A stretch of 64,000 bases of DNA from Tubulanus polymorphus (taxonomy: Eukaryota; Animalia; Nemertea), in contig NC_134027.1 in the NCBI RefSeq assembly GCF_964204645.1, positions 12,432,485-12,496,484 on the forward strand, in the 5' to 3' direction. This document shows, piece by piece, positions 39,702 through 54,021 of the stretch. A program made the translations under genes and the position numbers. Under the pieces are notes generated by a model, which did no database searches, was not told where the DNA came from, and saw nothing but the letters and a program-made list of their open reading frames with translations. Each line of letters opens with the position of its first letter. The stretch's first letter is position 1.

Positions 39702-42700
39702 AACGCATACGTTCTCCAACCGCATGGCCCAAAGACATTGAGATCTGCAACAACAGAAAAAATATGTATAATCACTTCTGATTGTCATGAAAATATTTGG
39801 AGATGTCACCTGACTAGTGATCATACTGAGAGTGTTGCCGCCAAAATTTACCTCGCCAAACACTATGTTGTAGATATCCTCCCCTGACTGGTTATACCTG
39901 CAGTTTATGAGATATTTCTAGATGACTTTCATTCTCCTTTGCCATATATATATACATATATATGCTAAATGCAACTCGGTTGTTCATGCTACAATGATAA
40001 TTGATATGCAGCTCGCCTTAAAGACATTTAAGAATGGATTGCAGCTGATGTGTAAAAGGAAAACCACATTCTATGCTGTATAAACATGTATGAAAAGTCA
40101 GGCAGATGCACGCCATATTGATTGCTGTGATGAAATGACATTATTGCTATCACCCCAGGTGGCTGCGGCTGTTGTGCCAACCTTTAGAATCACTTGAGAT
40201 CACAACTGATAAACACTAAAATAAAGATTGATTATTCATGGGAAATCCAATCACAGCAAAAACCTGCAATCAAATAAGAATTAGATATAACATAATGATT
40301 AATGCTTACAATCATTGTACTTGCTTTTAATCCACCATCAGGGCAAATTCATATAAAAAGTGCTGTTGAAAACATAGTTATGGTGAAAGATATGTGTTTG
40401 CAATGTGCTGTTACAGTTTGATGAAATGCGTCTAAAAATTTTCGTTATTCAGAAACTGACAATGCATCATATTTCGTTTTGAATAAGTCTGAAAGTTTGA
40501 AGGATTTTGCGGTTGGCGTAGGAGTTAGGAGACGGTGTGATGCCTGGATCTGTATGCAGACGCTTCGAGTGCTGCGTGGACAATAATACGAAATTACGTA
40601 TTCACTCGCTGCCATTCGATGGCAACTTGTTTACTCTGAATCTCTCCATAAATATTAGATATCTTGTCGCGATTGTTAATATCACCAGAAGATACTATAG
40701 CAGAAACTTGAACTGCCTCTGAGACAGGTGCTGTAAATCTATGGAGTTTTTATTTGAGTGCCTGGATCCACCATGTAATGACTAATATTGGTGAATCAGG
40801 CAAAGCTGGTATTTAAGGAGACCATGATTAAGGATTGCCCAAGACCCCCCTTATACTTAAGCTATTGATGCAGCAACCATTATATTTTTGTTATAAAACA
40901 AGGAAATGCATTGAATCTAGTGCTGCATCATATTCAATATTTGTAAGGTCAATACCTTTGCCAAATACCATGCCTGGTTATTGAAATAAAGCGCACTATA
41001 GGAACTGGCAACACTAAAAGTTCTTATTTGAAATATATTAGTATGGTAACAAATATGGATCCTTTTGAAAATGTATAAAAACTTCACTTATTTGAGCATC
41101 GTTATGAATTTTTTATTATGACTACATTGTTTTGTGTCGACAAAAGATGCCAGTGACCACACACGAGGTGATATCATAGTGAATTTGTCGCGACAAAAAT
41201 TGCCTACAGATCATCAGGAAATTGCTTAGTGTGTGCACCAGGCTTAACATTCCCCCTGTAAAGATATGTTTTGATCATGGAGCGTTCAGTTCCTAATTTT
41301 CCCCTTTAAAGATGTGCTTGGATTGTGGGGCATTTAGTTCCTAATTTCCCCTTTAACCCATTAGCACTCAGGAATTTAACGGTGTAGTGTCAATTACTCC
41401 TCAGAAAATTCAAGGTGAAATCCAAGATCATCATGATACCGAATTTCGTTAATACGAACCATAACGTCACACGGAGAGCAGGTGTGACAGACAGTAGTGT
41501 TATTTTGTAGTAAATAGTCAAGGCTTTCATATGATGTAAGATTTGATGAGGTGGGCCACCAAAATCGTGTCCTTTTGGCCCGCCGAAATTCATCCAAACT
41601 TACTTGGATTTGAAGTGAGCGCCCAGATGTCTCATCTTCAAACTCGAAATACTCGAGAAATTGAACTAGGAGGATGTTGATTTCTGTTTGGAATTTCGAG
41701 GACTTAGATGTGTAGGTTATCATGAGCTATTGGGTTCGAATCCCACTATAACCGTTTTCGTGCAGCATACAAAAATTGGTAGTTTCCTAATATTTCCCTG
41801 GAAAGAGGTGCTGGGATCATTGGGTGTTCAGTTCTTATATACTAAGCAACAAGTTGCTTTAGATCTTCATGATTTAAATCAGGACAAATAAATGAATATA
41901 TGTTAATTAAATGATATGTGTTCATATCCGCTTCATTTTTTCATCATCTTGGCTTGAATCAAGAGGATTTGGTATTTGATATGGTTCGTCTATCATATCC
42001 TTTGCTGTACTATATAGTATTTAAGTAGATTCCCTTATGAAACAATATTCCTTTTGTTAATTTTCATACCTAGCTCGAATCTCTGTACGTATGGGGATTA
42101 AATGTGCTTGTAAAAATGGACAGTGTGACGTTGTCAGGACTTGAACCCAATTTAATCACAAATGTATGCCGTTACCGTCTGAAACACAGTCCCATGTTTA
42201 AGATGACATGGCGTCATCACATGAAATGCTATAAATATTGAATGAGTGCTTCTACAGCAAATGGTGGAGATCAAAATGATGTCGAATTTACGTTGAATCC
42301 CTCTATGTATTAAAACCGGCTAATATCTTATCATGGTAGTATGCCTGACTTGCAACTAACCCCTATTATGTGAATCCTCGTCGAGTGCCTTACGCTTCGT
42401 GAATGAAGAAATATCGAATGGCTTACACTGGGGGCTCAGGTTTTTCATTGACGCCTGCATTAAATCCAAGCGAGCTATTGCGTTCACTTTTAGTCTTTCC
42501 TGACAATGGGGTTTGTATATGGTCACCAGGGGGCATTGATCTATCTTTTAGTCTATCGATCAACTACCAAAATGTCAAGTTTTTGTGATGATAGTTTCAT
42601 AAATCCTGGGAACCTGGAAAAAACTTATCGACAATCAGAATTTCAGCCATTAGAAAAAAGCAATTGCTCCTAATTCAATTTATTACACGATGTGCAGCAA

Positions 42701-43815
42701 CAGAATTGTTCTTCAAGGAGAGTATGGGAGGTTTTTGGTTTGAAATTGAATTTTAGGACTCATCCTGGACATCCCGTATATATATATTAAGTTGTATTCA
42801 TAAGTAAGGCCTTAAGCATTCTGTGCATGATTGATGTCTTGCATAATTGAATGCCGCAGTGTAGAATACATATTGCCATCATTTGAAATTCTCTATGTAG
42901 ACCTGGGTCCAGTTTCATGAAAAGTTTGAGCTTAATTTCGTACCATTGTCCTCATTTAAAACATGTTGCCAATAACGATCAAACCAAAAATTTGAGTTTA
43001 ACTTTTTCGTTAAACTTACTGACATTTCGAGAAAGCCATTGTTGGGCAGAAGTATTGCAATTTGGGTTATATGTTAGGGCATCATTAAAGCGGTAGTAGT
43101 GCTGGAAAAATAAAATGGCGGCTTTTTAGCTGCGGCTATGAGGTAGCTGCAGATATTACTATACTTACTACATTGGAAATCGTGCAAAACGCGTGACTGA
43201 AATCTCAAAATTTTGTTAACGCATTCCACCAGTTTTAAGTACATGCATGGATCGCAGATGCTAAAATGCTCAGGAATAAAAACAATTGTGGTTTGAATTG
43301 AAATCAAGATTTTTCATTTCATGAAAATTGCAAATTATCAAAAATTACAAACATCTTATCGGCCGTTGAAGGACGCGCAGAATGTCCTTACTAGACCAAA
43401 AATCTGGTTGAAAAAGCTGCCATTATGTGCTTTGGAGTGCTCCGTAACACCTTCAGACTCCATATAGGGAATGGGATTAAACCATTATTCAGTAAGGGGT
43501 TATTTCAGAGGTTATTTAATATGTCATGTAAGAAAAATGTACGAAATAATTAATTGTGCTATTCATCCGCAGGGTAAACGATTTAATTTGCTGACCATTA
43601 TTCTTTTCCTTTCCAAAAAACACTAAACAGTCATATCAGTGATCACCCCTGGGCAAACACAGTTATATCGATAACAACACACAACCTGGTAACTTAAACA
43701 GCGTCGGGAGCCTCTGTGGGGATGATATTCATAGCCGCAGTGTCAAAGCCTTTGGACTTCTCATTGAACTACATAATCTTAATGCATGTGTGTCGACGTA
43801 GCTAATAACTTTTGA

Positions 43816-44067
<252 letters not shown>

Positions 44068-44616
44068 TGATATATGATATAATAATTTCTATTATATTTG
44101 TATATCTTATAGTTGTGTGTTTTTGTTTTCATTGATAATCAACTATTTTAAGTGTGTTTGCGCGTGCGCGTGTTAGGTGGCATGCAAAACTTTTCCGATG
44201 TTTCGAAGCTGCGAGTATCAAAATATTTCACCGCATATAAGTAGCGGTGAGACATATTTAAGTGGACGAGAAACTGTTTCAACGAAAGTATTCTAAGAAT
44301 TTGTGTACTTTAGATACTATATTTTCATCGTGGTAGCAAATAATGGCCTACATTTTAAGATACACCTAAAGTGTAAAAACGATCATAATCAAATATATTA
44401 GCTTGATTCTATTTCTTGAATTAATGAGTGATCTGTCTCGATTCCTCAGTGGTAAACCCGTACTATGGGACACCATTAACGATGTTTGTTTTGCCAGTTC
44501 CGTAGGTTCCCGAACTACCGTTGTTGATATTTCATGAAGCTATATCGCGTTGCGTCGTACTGGTCATCATTATTCCTCATCGCTATCTCTCTAGTTTATG
44601 ATCCATTAATGGTTAT

Positions 44617-44629
44617 GTTACCAGGCAAC
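44617..44629. promoter_or_regulatory. RFX X-box variant, intronic
   Basis: GTTACCAGGCAAC (13-bp form), about 620 bp downstream of the S6 exon. Confidence 0.4.
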
Positions 44630-45948
44630 CGACTTCAGCAGACGTAATGTATGAATTTCCCTGAAGTATTGCTGTTGAAATATGATAATAACGTGGCCCT
44701 AACACGCGTGGCTTAAAGAGCAAAGAGAAAGGATGCACAATTTTAATTAGCAAACATATTGTTCGAAGCCCGATAATTATAAAATCGATGAACTCGCGTC
44801 ACTTCGAGACTCATGCGTCGATTTCTGATTTTGACTCGACTATCGGATTAAAATGCACAATGGGGAAAACTGCGAACCACCATGTTAAGATAAAATTAAC
44901 TTTGCATGACAGCATGAGCTGAATGTCAAAGGATGTCTGGAATTCGGTAATGTCTAGTTCGCAGTAATCTCTCCATGCTCTGGTACTACATATTTGAAAG
45001 ACATAGTGCCATAACGGCAACAATGGCATAGTTCCCAAATATCCCTGTAAGGACAAGGTTAGGACACTGGATGGTAGTCTTTAGAACTACTGTTTGGGAG
45101 AACGCTTCTTGCTAATTGAGATTTTCGCAGCGGACTGCCGTAGTGAACGCATAGGCTGGAAGTCATTGCAAAATTACAGCCACACGAAGTATTCCGCGCA
45201 TAATAACAGTTTTTTCATATCACATTGGTAATGCAAGGCTCATTTTCTCCGAATTGTCGATAACATTTCATTGAATAGTGATAATTAGTTCTGATTATTG
45301 ATTCTCTTTCTGTAATATGTGTTAATTAGATTCTAACATAAGAGACTGTATTCATACACATTGCGTGTATGTAGTATGTATTGCAAATATGAATAAGCAT
45401 GCCCTATCTAAAATTCTGATCGCATATTTTTTATTAAAAATTACGTCTGACGTGATCGAATTCTAGTTTCCATATCTGAATTTGCGTTTTGGGCGGCATC
45501 GATCCTCATCGATTCATCGAAAAAGACCTCCGCATGGGGAATATTATTTTGGTCAGGAAACGGGCACGGAGTTTCCATACTGTAAACTGTGTCAGCTAAT
45601 TGAATTCAGTGTTAGGGGGCTGTGTATTAGGGTCCCAGCGGATCTTTTCATACGATTATCACACCAGAGTTTCAGGAAATAATCAAGCATAAACAATCAG
45701 CTATAACAGTATTGATCTGCACTGTTAATCGGTTTTAGATATCAGTTAAGTTGATAACGACAGCTGTCTGTACTTATTGCGCGTTGTCTCTAGTGTCAAA
45801 GGGTAACAGATTTTTGTTGTTCTCTTATGCATGCCCAATTCGGCAGTTTGCTTAATTTGTGCCATATTGAATCAATGACATCGAGCTTGGAAACTCGAGT
45901 TTTCGTCACCTTAAACTGGGGTTTAGAGCGTTTGATCCTAGACCTAAC

Positions 45949-46260
45949 AGCTGCAATCACACGGATGCCAAATTGGCACAGATCAGGCCCAAGTCAAATT
46001 TGGCCCAATTTTGGCCCATGTCTAATTAGAGAGTATGCTTACACGTAGACCACTCACTCGATACTAAACAATGCTTAAACGAAGTGAAGTGAGTCACTTC
46101 TGGAACTAGTTGCAATTCATATGCAATAATTTGATCCGTGCTAGAATTTGGCTTGGGCTTGGTCTGAAATTTCCAAATTTCACCTGGGCCAAACAGACAT
46201 GGCCCCATTTAGGCACCCATGTGAACAGTTCCGGGCCAAAACGCTTGTGTGATCGTGGCT
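45949..46260 (+). mobile_element. MITE family A
   Basis: AGCTGCAATCACAC...GTGTGATCGTGGCT flanked by a 3-bp AAC duplication. Confidence 0.85.
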
Positions 46261-49200
46261 AACATCTTGGCTATTGGACCAATAAAACAATCGAGGGGAC
46301 GTATTAATCCTTCAACTAGTCCACTATTCACGGAGTGTTTTAATTTGCTAGCATGATGAAATTCTGCTTCATCAGAATGAACTCTACTGGGACACAAACA
46401 TGAAAGAGGAGAAAGCGAGTTATGCTTGCCTAGCATTACCATGACAACGGTTGCAGTTTTGAAACCTGATTAAAACTGCCTGGCCTTTGCGCAAATCATG
46501 AATTTTTAAATATCGCGACATTATCAATGCGAAAGCTAATTCCTCATGTCCAGAGCATTTTCATCAAATTGACTTTCACATCTCGCCTGCAAAGAATCAA
46601 AGAGTAGTAGATGACATAATTGAATTCATTGTAGGTGAATTTATCGACTATGCAGATGATTTTCTTCAGTTGAAGATTTCACAGGTTTACCTGGACCTGG
46701 CATCTGGCTTTCAGGCGCAAATGATTTATCAATTTGACCATGATTAATATGTAATTAGCAGTCAGTTTTCTCTGCAATTCGTTTAATGATGAGGCAATCA
46801 GGAAATAACCATTATCTGGAAAATATTAATAATTGTGTTATATTTGGCGTAAAATTGCCATGAGATGTTCTGCTTCGATGGTTGGGCTGATTGATGTCCG
46901 GGGCCTTCAATGATTCGGAATGTTATTTATATCTTCATATGATACATTGATGTCGGGTATCATTTTCTTGACATGTTTGACATTTTCAGATGTGCAGGCA
47001 CTCAAGGAATCTCAAATAGTCCAAGCGAATTCAGACAGATGTGACCTTTAGATTTTCAATACTAGTTTGAATTTCTAAACTATTACTGGCAGATAGTTTC
47101 ATACTGTGTTGACTAGTTTATCAACCTGTGTCCGAGCAATACTAATGAATTACATGAATATATGATTTCTAGCATCGACCACGAAAAATGTCATCATTTC
47201 AAAAGGAGGTGCTTTTCTAAATTTTTCAATTTTGCCTCCGCTGTGGGTAGATTTTACTAGTTCATTTCATAGGTCTATCACACTACCACTAGTTTGACCG
47301 TGTTAAATGGGTGCGTACGTGGAACAGGCCAAATTCCAAATGGTCCAAATCTGAGTGGGCAATATGAAATTATATTAAATTCGAAAACTATATTAATCAG
47401 CTTGATGACTTTCTAACATGGAATGGGCCAATTTGGAACGGACTTTATGCTAGTGAGAACGCTTGCTCCGTTTTAAATTGGAATGGGCCAAATTTAGACC
47501 ATTTTGAAAAGGAAGTGTGAACGCGGCTGTGTATCAAATTTTATTTTAAAGACCAGAAAATACAAAATTTCCATGTAAGAACAAGCGAGAGAAATCCCAC
47601 AATAAATTCAGCCAAAGATAAAAAGTTCTTGAATAGAAGTGTACATATATATTTCGAGAAACGCTTCAGCTAAATACTATTAGCCATCAAGCGTACGGTG
47701 TACAGAATAAATTTACAGGACATTCATACAAGAATGAAGACTGAGTAAGTGATTAAGTTAAAAGTTAAAATGCGAATACAATATTTTTTTAAACAATGAC
47801 ATTGTTGATTTTCATTCTAATCCAATGATTAATATACACATATCCCATAAACAAATTGGTTGTAAATTTGAAACGTTATCAACAATATTTCCGCAAGTCA
47901 GTTCGGGTGCTGCGTAGAGCGGCGAGGGAATTTTCATGTCGCTCGACAATTATTTCAATTCAATTCACCGTTAGTCTCCTGGGTAAGAAGTTTTCGACGT
48001 CACGTTAAATGCTTTCGAGAGAACATAGTAAAAGCTGTGTACAGTGACGTCAGTACGGTAATAATAGTCATTGACGAGAAACGTAGCAGACATTTTCCAG
48101 TGAATAGAAATGTCGCCATGTCTCATCTGTTATGGGATGTTGGATTAATGGATTAATGAGAGCAGCGGACCCGGGCCAAATTGTCTCGTGTGATCGCTGC
48201 TTATAAGTTTGATGAAAATATTTTGACACATGTGTTTGTGTTTTCTCCGCAAATTATTAAATTGTAAACAATGTAGGTGCCTATTATAGCTGTTTAGTCA
48301 TAGAATCTCCAAAATTCGATTCATTATAACATCATTATACCCCATTGCTAGGTTCTTTAACTCCAGCAGAACATCTGAAATATATTACTAAAATTAGAAT
48401 TGCCTCATTAAAAAAGAACACTTCTTCAAGATACACGAGGAGTTTTATGAATTTCCTTAATGGTGTTTCGCTTGGTGGTGCATGATAAATTTAAGACAAT
48501 TTCAGATCATGTACATTTGATGATACTTCTCATTTGGTATAAAAATGTCATTCAACGATATATTTGATTGATAGCGTTAGAGCGATGTATACCAGTGTGC
48601 TGTGTTATATATCTCACTCTCACTGAATGAAACGTCAATTCAATATTGCCTGCATTTTCAGGAGCGCATTTGATAATTTTTTTTGGATTAATTCCTAATT
48701 ATATTATTTGATAACAGCCTGATCAGAATTTGGCGATGTATATAAAAAGACCGGAAGGAATTGGCAGGTTTTCTTTGGTAAGATAGGTCTGATGTTTACA
48801 AAATGACCAGCACGTCACATATGTTAGTCGCATATGTTCATCTGGCCATTCATATATTTTACAAGTGATTATTCTGAATGACATACCCACAAGTCACATT
48901 ATGAACCATGTCTGCGTTATGCACTACATGGATGGATTATGGGTCTGCAATATAGCCGCGTTAGTCTACATTGGTTCTTGAATTCAGTACCATTAGTTTT
49001 CACTGTTGCCATGAGTATTTTACCCAGAATTGAATTTATACCTCAATCATAGATATAACCTCTTAAGTATTACCACATCGTGTTTAAACCCCAGAATCCC
49101 AGCGCTTTTTTAGTGAATTTTGACCTGTTCGAAATCAAAATGTAAAATTATTGTAGTTTTCAAGTTTCTAGCAGTTTGCGCCTTCCGTCGAAAGCTTACC

Positions 49201-49765
49201 CCTTCCCTCTCATCGTTGGGAAAATGTGATTGAAAATTGTCTATTGTTCGTATGTATCTAAGCGCTGGTATATCTGTAAGATGAGATATAACTTAATTCT
49301 CCTGTGATAATCACGGTGAGTGTTGTCATCTATATATTTCCTACTGAAAATTTCATGAGTGGCGCCATAAAAACCCAAATGATGAAGCGAGGTAACCGGG
49401 CAATGCTCCCGTATACCACCGAAATTGATAAACGAATGCCCATCAATACCAGCTAAGTTAAACAATAGCACGGTTTATTAAGAAAATCTTAGAATTTCGA
49501 TGACTGTTCGATCTGTTCGCAGCGATCTATGGTAAAATCTACGATATTCTGGAAACAATTAAAACAGATACAGCACATGCAAGAGACAAATTGTAAGAAA
49601 GGTTATAATCTGTTATACATTAATTTTAAAATCGCAACTGTGAATCTTGGCGATAGGAATTCAATTGAAATCAACTGGTCACTCAATCATCATCAAGCTG
49701 ACAAATGTAATTTTCAATTTTAATATCAGTCTTATATTGCGTTAGAGGTCACAACATTTTAGCCA

Positions 49766-49829
49766 TCTTTTGTTTCAGTTCGTAGGCCTTAGATTTTCTT
49801 TTGTTTCAGTTCGTAGGCCTTAGATTTTC
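49766..49829. repeat. Tandem duplication, 2 x 31 bp
   Basis: cttttgtttcagttcgtaggccttagatttt occurs twice in succession. Confidence 0.95.
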
Positions 49830-52244
49830 ATTATTTTCCCCCAGCCCAGGCTTATGCAATCCAATGCCGGCGGCGTATGTGTACATTACTTTATATGCAT
49901 ATAAATGGTTTATTCGCAACGCTAAGCTAGAAATGCCTACATCTTAGTGCGCTGGCTCCGAAAAGGTGAAGGCATCCAGTGGGGTTTGAAACTGCAAGTT
50001 TGTTGCATTACCCATTTTCAATGGTGTTTACTGCGAGACTGCTAGAATGGTTAACAGTGTTATAACATTGCTAGAAATGTGGTGGAAACGATAATACTGT
50101 ACGAATGAAATCCCTTAATATAACGTCACTTAATTCTCGATGCAAATCAACCTTGAATGTGTGACAGGCTTTTTATCACTTATTCTCAACATAAGCCTCC
50201 GATCTGCCTTGATTATCTTGAGAATTTTAATCGCGGTTTTGTGAGTAAATGGGGACAAGAAAATGCGATATCACTTTCCTCACATGTTAGAGCTTTGTTG
50301 GCCAATCATTAGATATTTGAATTATTCTACTTAATTATTTTCAGGGCGACGCAATATGAATTTCTTTATTTATCATATTATTTTGGTTTATCGAAAACAA
50401 TAGTTGTATCGCTTTCCACGCTGAAACTGCTTGTATATAACCGTTACCGCGATATCACAAACATGATTTAATGTAAACAATATTCTTGCTCTATATTAGT
50501 GACATCTCAACTTTGCGTGGTATTCTTATATCAGCGCAAGTGTACGTGTAGGTTGTATATGTGTTACTGCATTAATACAGCCTTGGTGTAATTCCAGAAT
50601 ATTTCCTAGTTTATTCTAGCGGTACTTCGCTCATTAGCCTTACCCCAGTTTTTCTTCCTACCCAATGGAATCTTGATGCCTGGTAAATCGGTAGCTAAAT
50701 CTGCTCTCCAGTTTATGTATTTTTATTCATAATCCATCTATTTTTAGTTGATAATTGTCGCCTCTTTATCACGTCTACATATGTTTCGGAAATGTAGAGA
50801 TATCTAGAAATATATTGCAACTAGAGAAAATAATGGTTGCGCTCTGAATCTTCAAAATGCCGAAGAAATATTAGTATGAAAATAGTAATGCTTTCAAGTT
50901 TTGAGTGTATAATGCAGGATGAGCACTCTCAGACATAAGCTCTAGCTCTCGCAATTTCTGAGTTAGAATATCCTGCTGAATGAAATCATTTAGGTCTCAA
51001 TTAGCTGGACTGATTTTTTATGGGTTCATCCAGTGCAGCACATGTAGTAACTAGTCTGCCAACTGGCTTCATCTCGAAATAATTCTTTAAAAAAGTGATA
51101 CTTGACTGGCAGTTGAATAGTAGAATGATTTACTGATCATAGCTTACCATGTCTTGGGATGGGGGGTCAATTTTCACTAATGGACTTTCTGTAAGGTGCA
51201 TTTTTTAGTCAAGGGTGCTAGGAGTGTTACCCCAGAATACTTTTCAAAATTTCACAACTGGCACACTGGGGTAAAAACGAAGGAAAATTTTGCTTCTTTT
51301 TACTGCAATTTGGCCTCAAATCAAGTAAGTTTGAAAATATGTACTTTTTGAACGAGAACTAATGAAAAAGTGTCGCCAATGAATGAATCTTTTAATATCA
51401 ATGCTCAAATTTTCTTAAGGCTAGCATTAGGACCTTCTTTGATGAGCAGGGGGGTTAGAACCCTCTGAATTAGACCTGATTTATATTGAAAAATTGCCGG
51501 TTTGGTCTATCATGTTCTGTCGAAGTTCTTAATTCTGGGGGCTGGTTAAACAGAACCAAACTATATTTGGCTGATCCCTTATATTTGCCATCTCAATGGT
51601 GAAAATTCAGTGTCTGGAAGCAGCCTGAGTTATACTTTTAATCACTGATATTGATTTATCATATTCTAGAAATACCTGTGTAGACCACTTAGTTTTTATG
51701 CCTGCAATGGCTTTTTATTATTGATTGCCATTTAGTTTTATTGAGTTAAGAATTATAAATATCACATTCTAGAGGTGTACCCACCCTTTGGTCTAATAGT
51801 GCATTGAAGTTACCATCACAATATTGAGAAAATGAAGCAGAATGAAAGTCTATGAAATCAATTCTAAGACGTTGAGATTTGAAAGGAAAATAATTTCTTA
51901 TTAGTGTTACATAAGGTCAAGCCTCGCAAGAAAGGTTAGCCATTAGTACAATAGGGAGTAAATGATAATTGGAGGGAGGAAAACTATAAAGAATTATTCT
52001 TACTGTAATGTCTTGACCGATATGTTTGTTTATTTGAATACGTTTGCCTTTTTGATTTATTGGCAATGGAATTTAGTTGGATCATTTAAGAATTGTGTGG
52101 TATATGCCCATGCCCATGGAGATCATGTGGCGTCTCGGGATGTATCCGTAGACCTGGAGACAAACAGAATATGTTTTTTAACTACATGGGATTCAAACTT
52201 CTAATATTAGGTGCAATACTGTGCACCTACTAAATGGACCTTAT

Positions 52245-53641
52245 GCAAAAACCGTAATGTTTCCAATGTCTCCGTTTTTAACGCATGCGCATTAGTGAGG
52301 GTTGGGGAAATTCTCTAAGTCTAGAAATCGGTTGAGTGCGCTGGCGTCACTACATGTCAGAACTTTCAAAACTGGGTCATGTCAGTGTACGCATAATGAA
52401 TGTGTGTTTTGATGACTCCAATGTTTCCATTTCTATTAGATTAGAATCCCACAATAAATAATTATCTTATTTCAATTCGATTTGAACATTGATGACCCGA
52501 GTGTCACTCGTTTATTTTTGCGGCGCTACCAGATCCGAGCCCCGAAAAATACTGAACTAATTTCAATTCAATTTGAACTTAGATGACTCCAGTGACGCTG
52601 ATTTACTTTATACGACGCTATCATGTTCGAATCCCGAAAATGCTGATCTCGAAATGCTAACCATTATGAACTTTGGTGCACTTTCTATGGTGATCCCAAT
52701 GTCACTGTTTATTTATTTGGACAATTCATTTAATTGTATTAAGATATAATACGCAAGCATATTATACAAGATTATTTAGACATCACGATCCCGCTGCTAA
52801 AGTTCACGCTGGTTCATTTCAAGGGAATACCGTACTGACATGACCCAGGAAGAAAGACTCTAAATATTTGGATGGATATATGAAAGCTGTGGGTACTGGA
52901 GTGTGTAATTGGTAGTGTAGTGTGATCTGTGTGCATTTGTGGCCAGCACACAGATCACATTGTTCAATGGGGTTTGGTCCAGGACTCGCGAGATTTTCAA
53001 CAACACGGAAGTAACGTGTAATAAATGATGACTTGAATTGCATGACTACCTACCACCCCTCATTATTGTTGGAAAACTAAATGTTCGGCACTGACTAAAA
53101 ATTAGTAATAACATTTTAGAAATGGCCAGAATTTTAACTTAGGTTCTATCTCATTTTTATTTTACAATTGCGATTGGTATAATTTTTTTTTAAACGGCCG
53201 TTAAGGCTTCATGTTTCGTCTGCAATTCACTGCAAATAGTTATGCAACTACGCACATTTCAGTGTTTTTGGCAGCTGTACACTCAATCGGCACCGTTCGT
53301 GACTAGCTTCACTACGGAATTATCATTAATTAACATCGCCATATCACATCATCAACTTATATCATGCCTTAAAACCCTAACAGCCGAAATAATTGAAATG
53401 TACACACGATTTCTATCATTGAAAATTGAGATAGTGGCCATGTTTGTGTTTGCTGCTTCGCGTAAATCCCGCGCGGTGGCGCAACCGTGCGGAGTGGGGC
53501 CGATACGTCCAGTTTTGAAACATGTAAACACTTTCATGACGCCTGCGCACTGTACTCATTTCTCGACTTAGACTTTTCCAACACTTACTAAGCTTAATGC
53601 GCATGTTAAAAACGGAGACATTGGAAACATAACGGTTTTGC
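52245..53641. mobile_element. Non-autonomous Mutator-like (MULE) element, 1.4 kb
   Basis: Perfect 9-bp duplication GGACCTTAT (52236-52244 and 53642-53650). Imperfect TIRs of about 130 bp starting GCAAAAACCGTAATGTTTCCAATGTCTCCGTTTTTAAC. No transposase ORF. Confidence 0.88.
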
Positions 53642-53996
53642 GGACCTTATGACTGCATGTATGGTACTACATTGTAAAATTGTTTTGATAGCGCACTTCC
53701 CGCTTACTGATTGGCTGAAGCTTTGTTTGCCTCTGTTTGACCCCTATAAATATATTCACACCCGATCATAGACTTAGTATTAGTTTATACAATGATTAAC
53801 TACTACATCATTCATTTGGCCACCCGGGGGTGCTGCATACATGAAAAAGAGACAATTTCTGATTCACTTATCAAGCATGAAAATATTTTTTAATCAAGAT
53901 GTGTTGCAGATATGTAGGAAGAGGAATATGATATATCCCTTGGCAAAGTTTCAAGGTCACAAAATTCTACCCCCTGCAACAAACTCATTTGATATG

Positions 53997-54021
53997 AATG
54001 ATGATGATGATGATGATGATG
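53997..54021. repeat. (ATG)n microsatellite
   Basis: About 8 ATG units. Confidence 0.9.
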
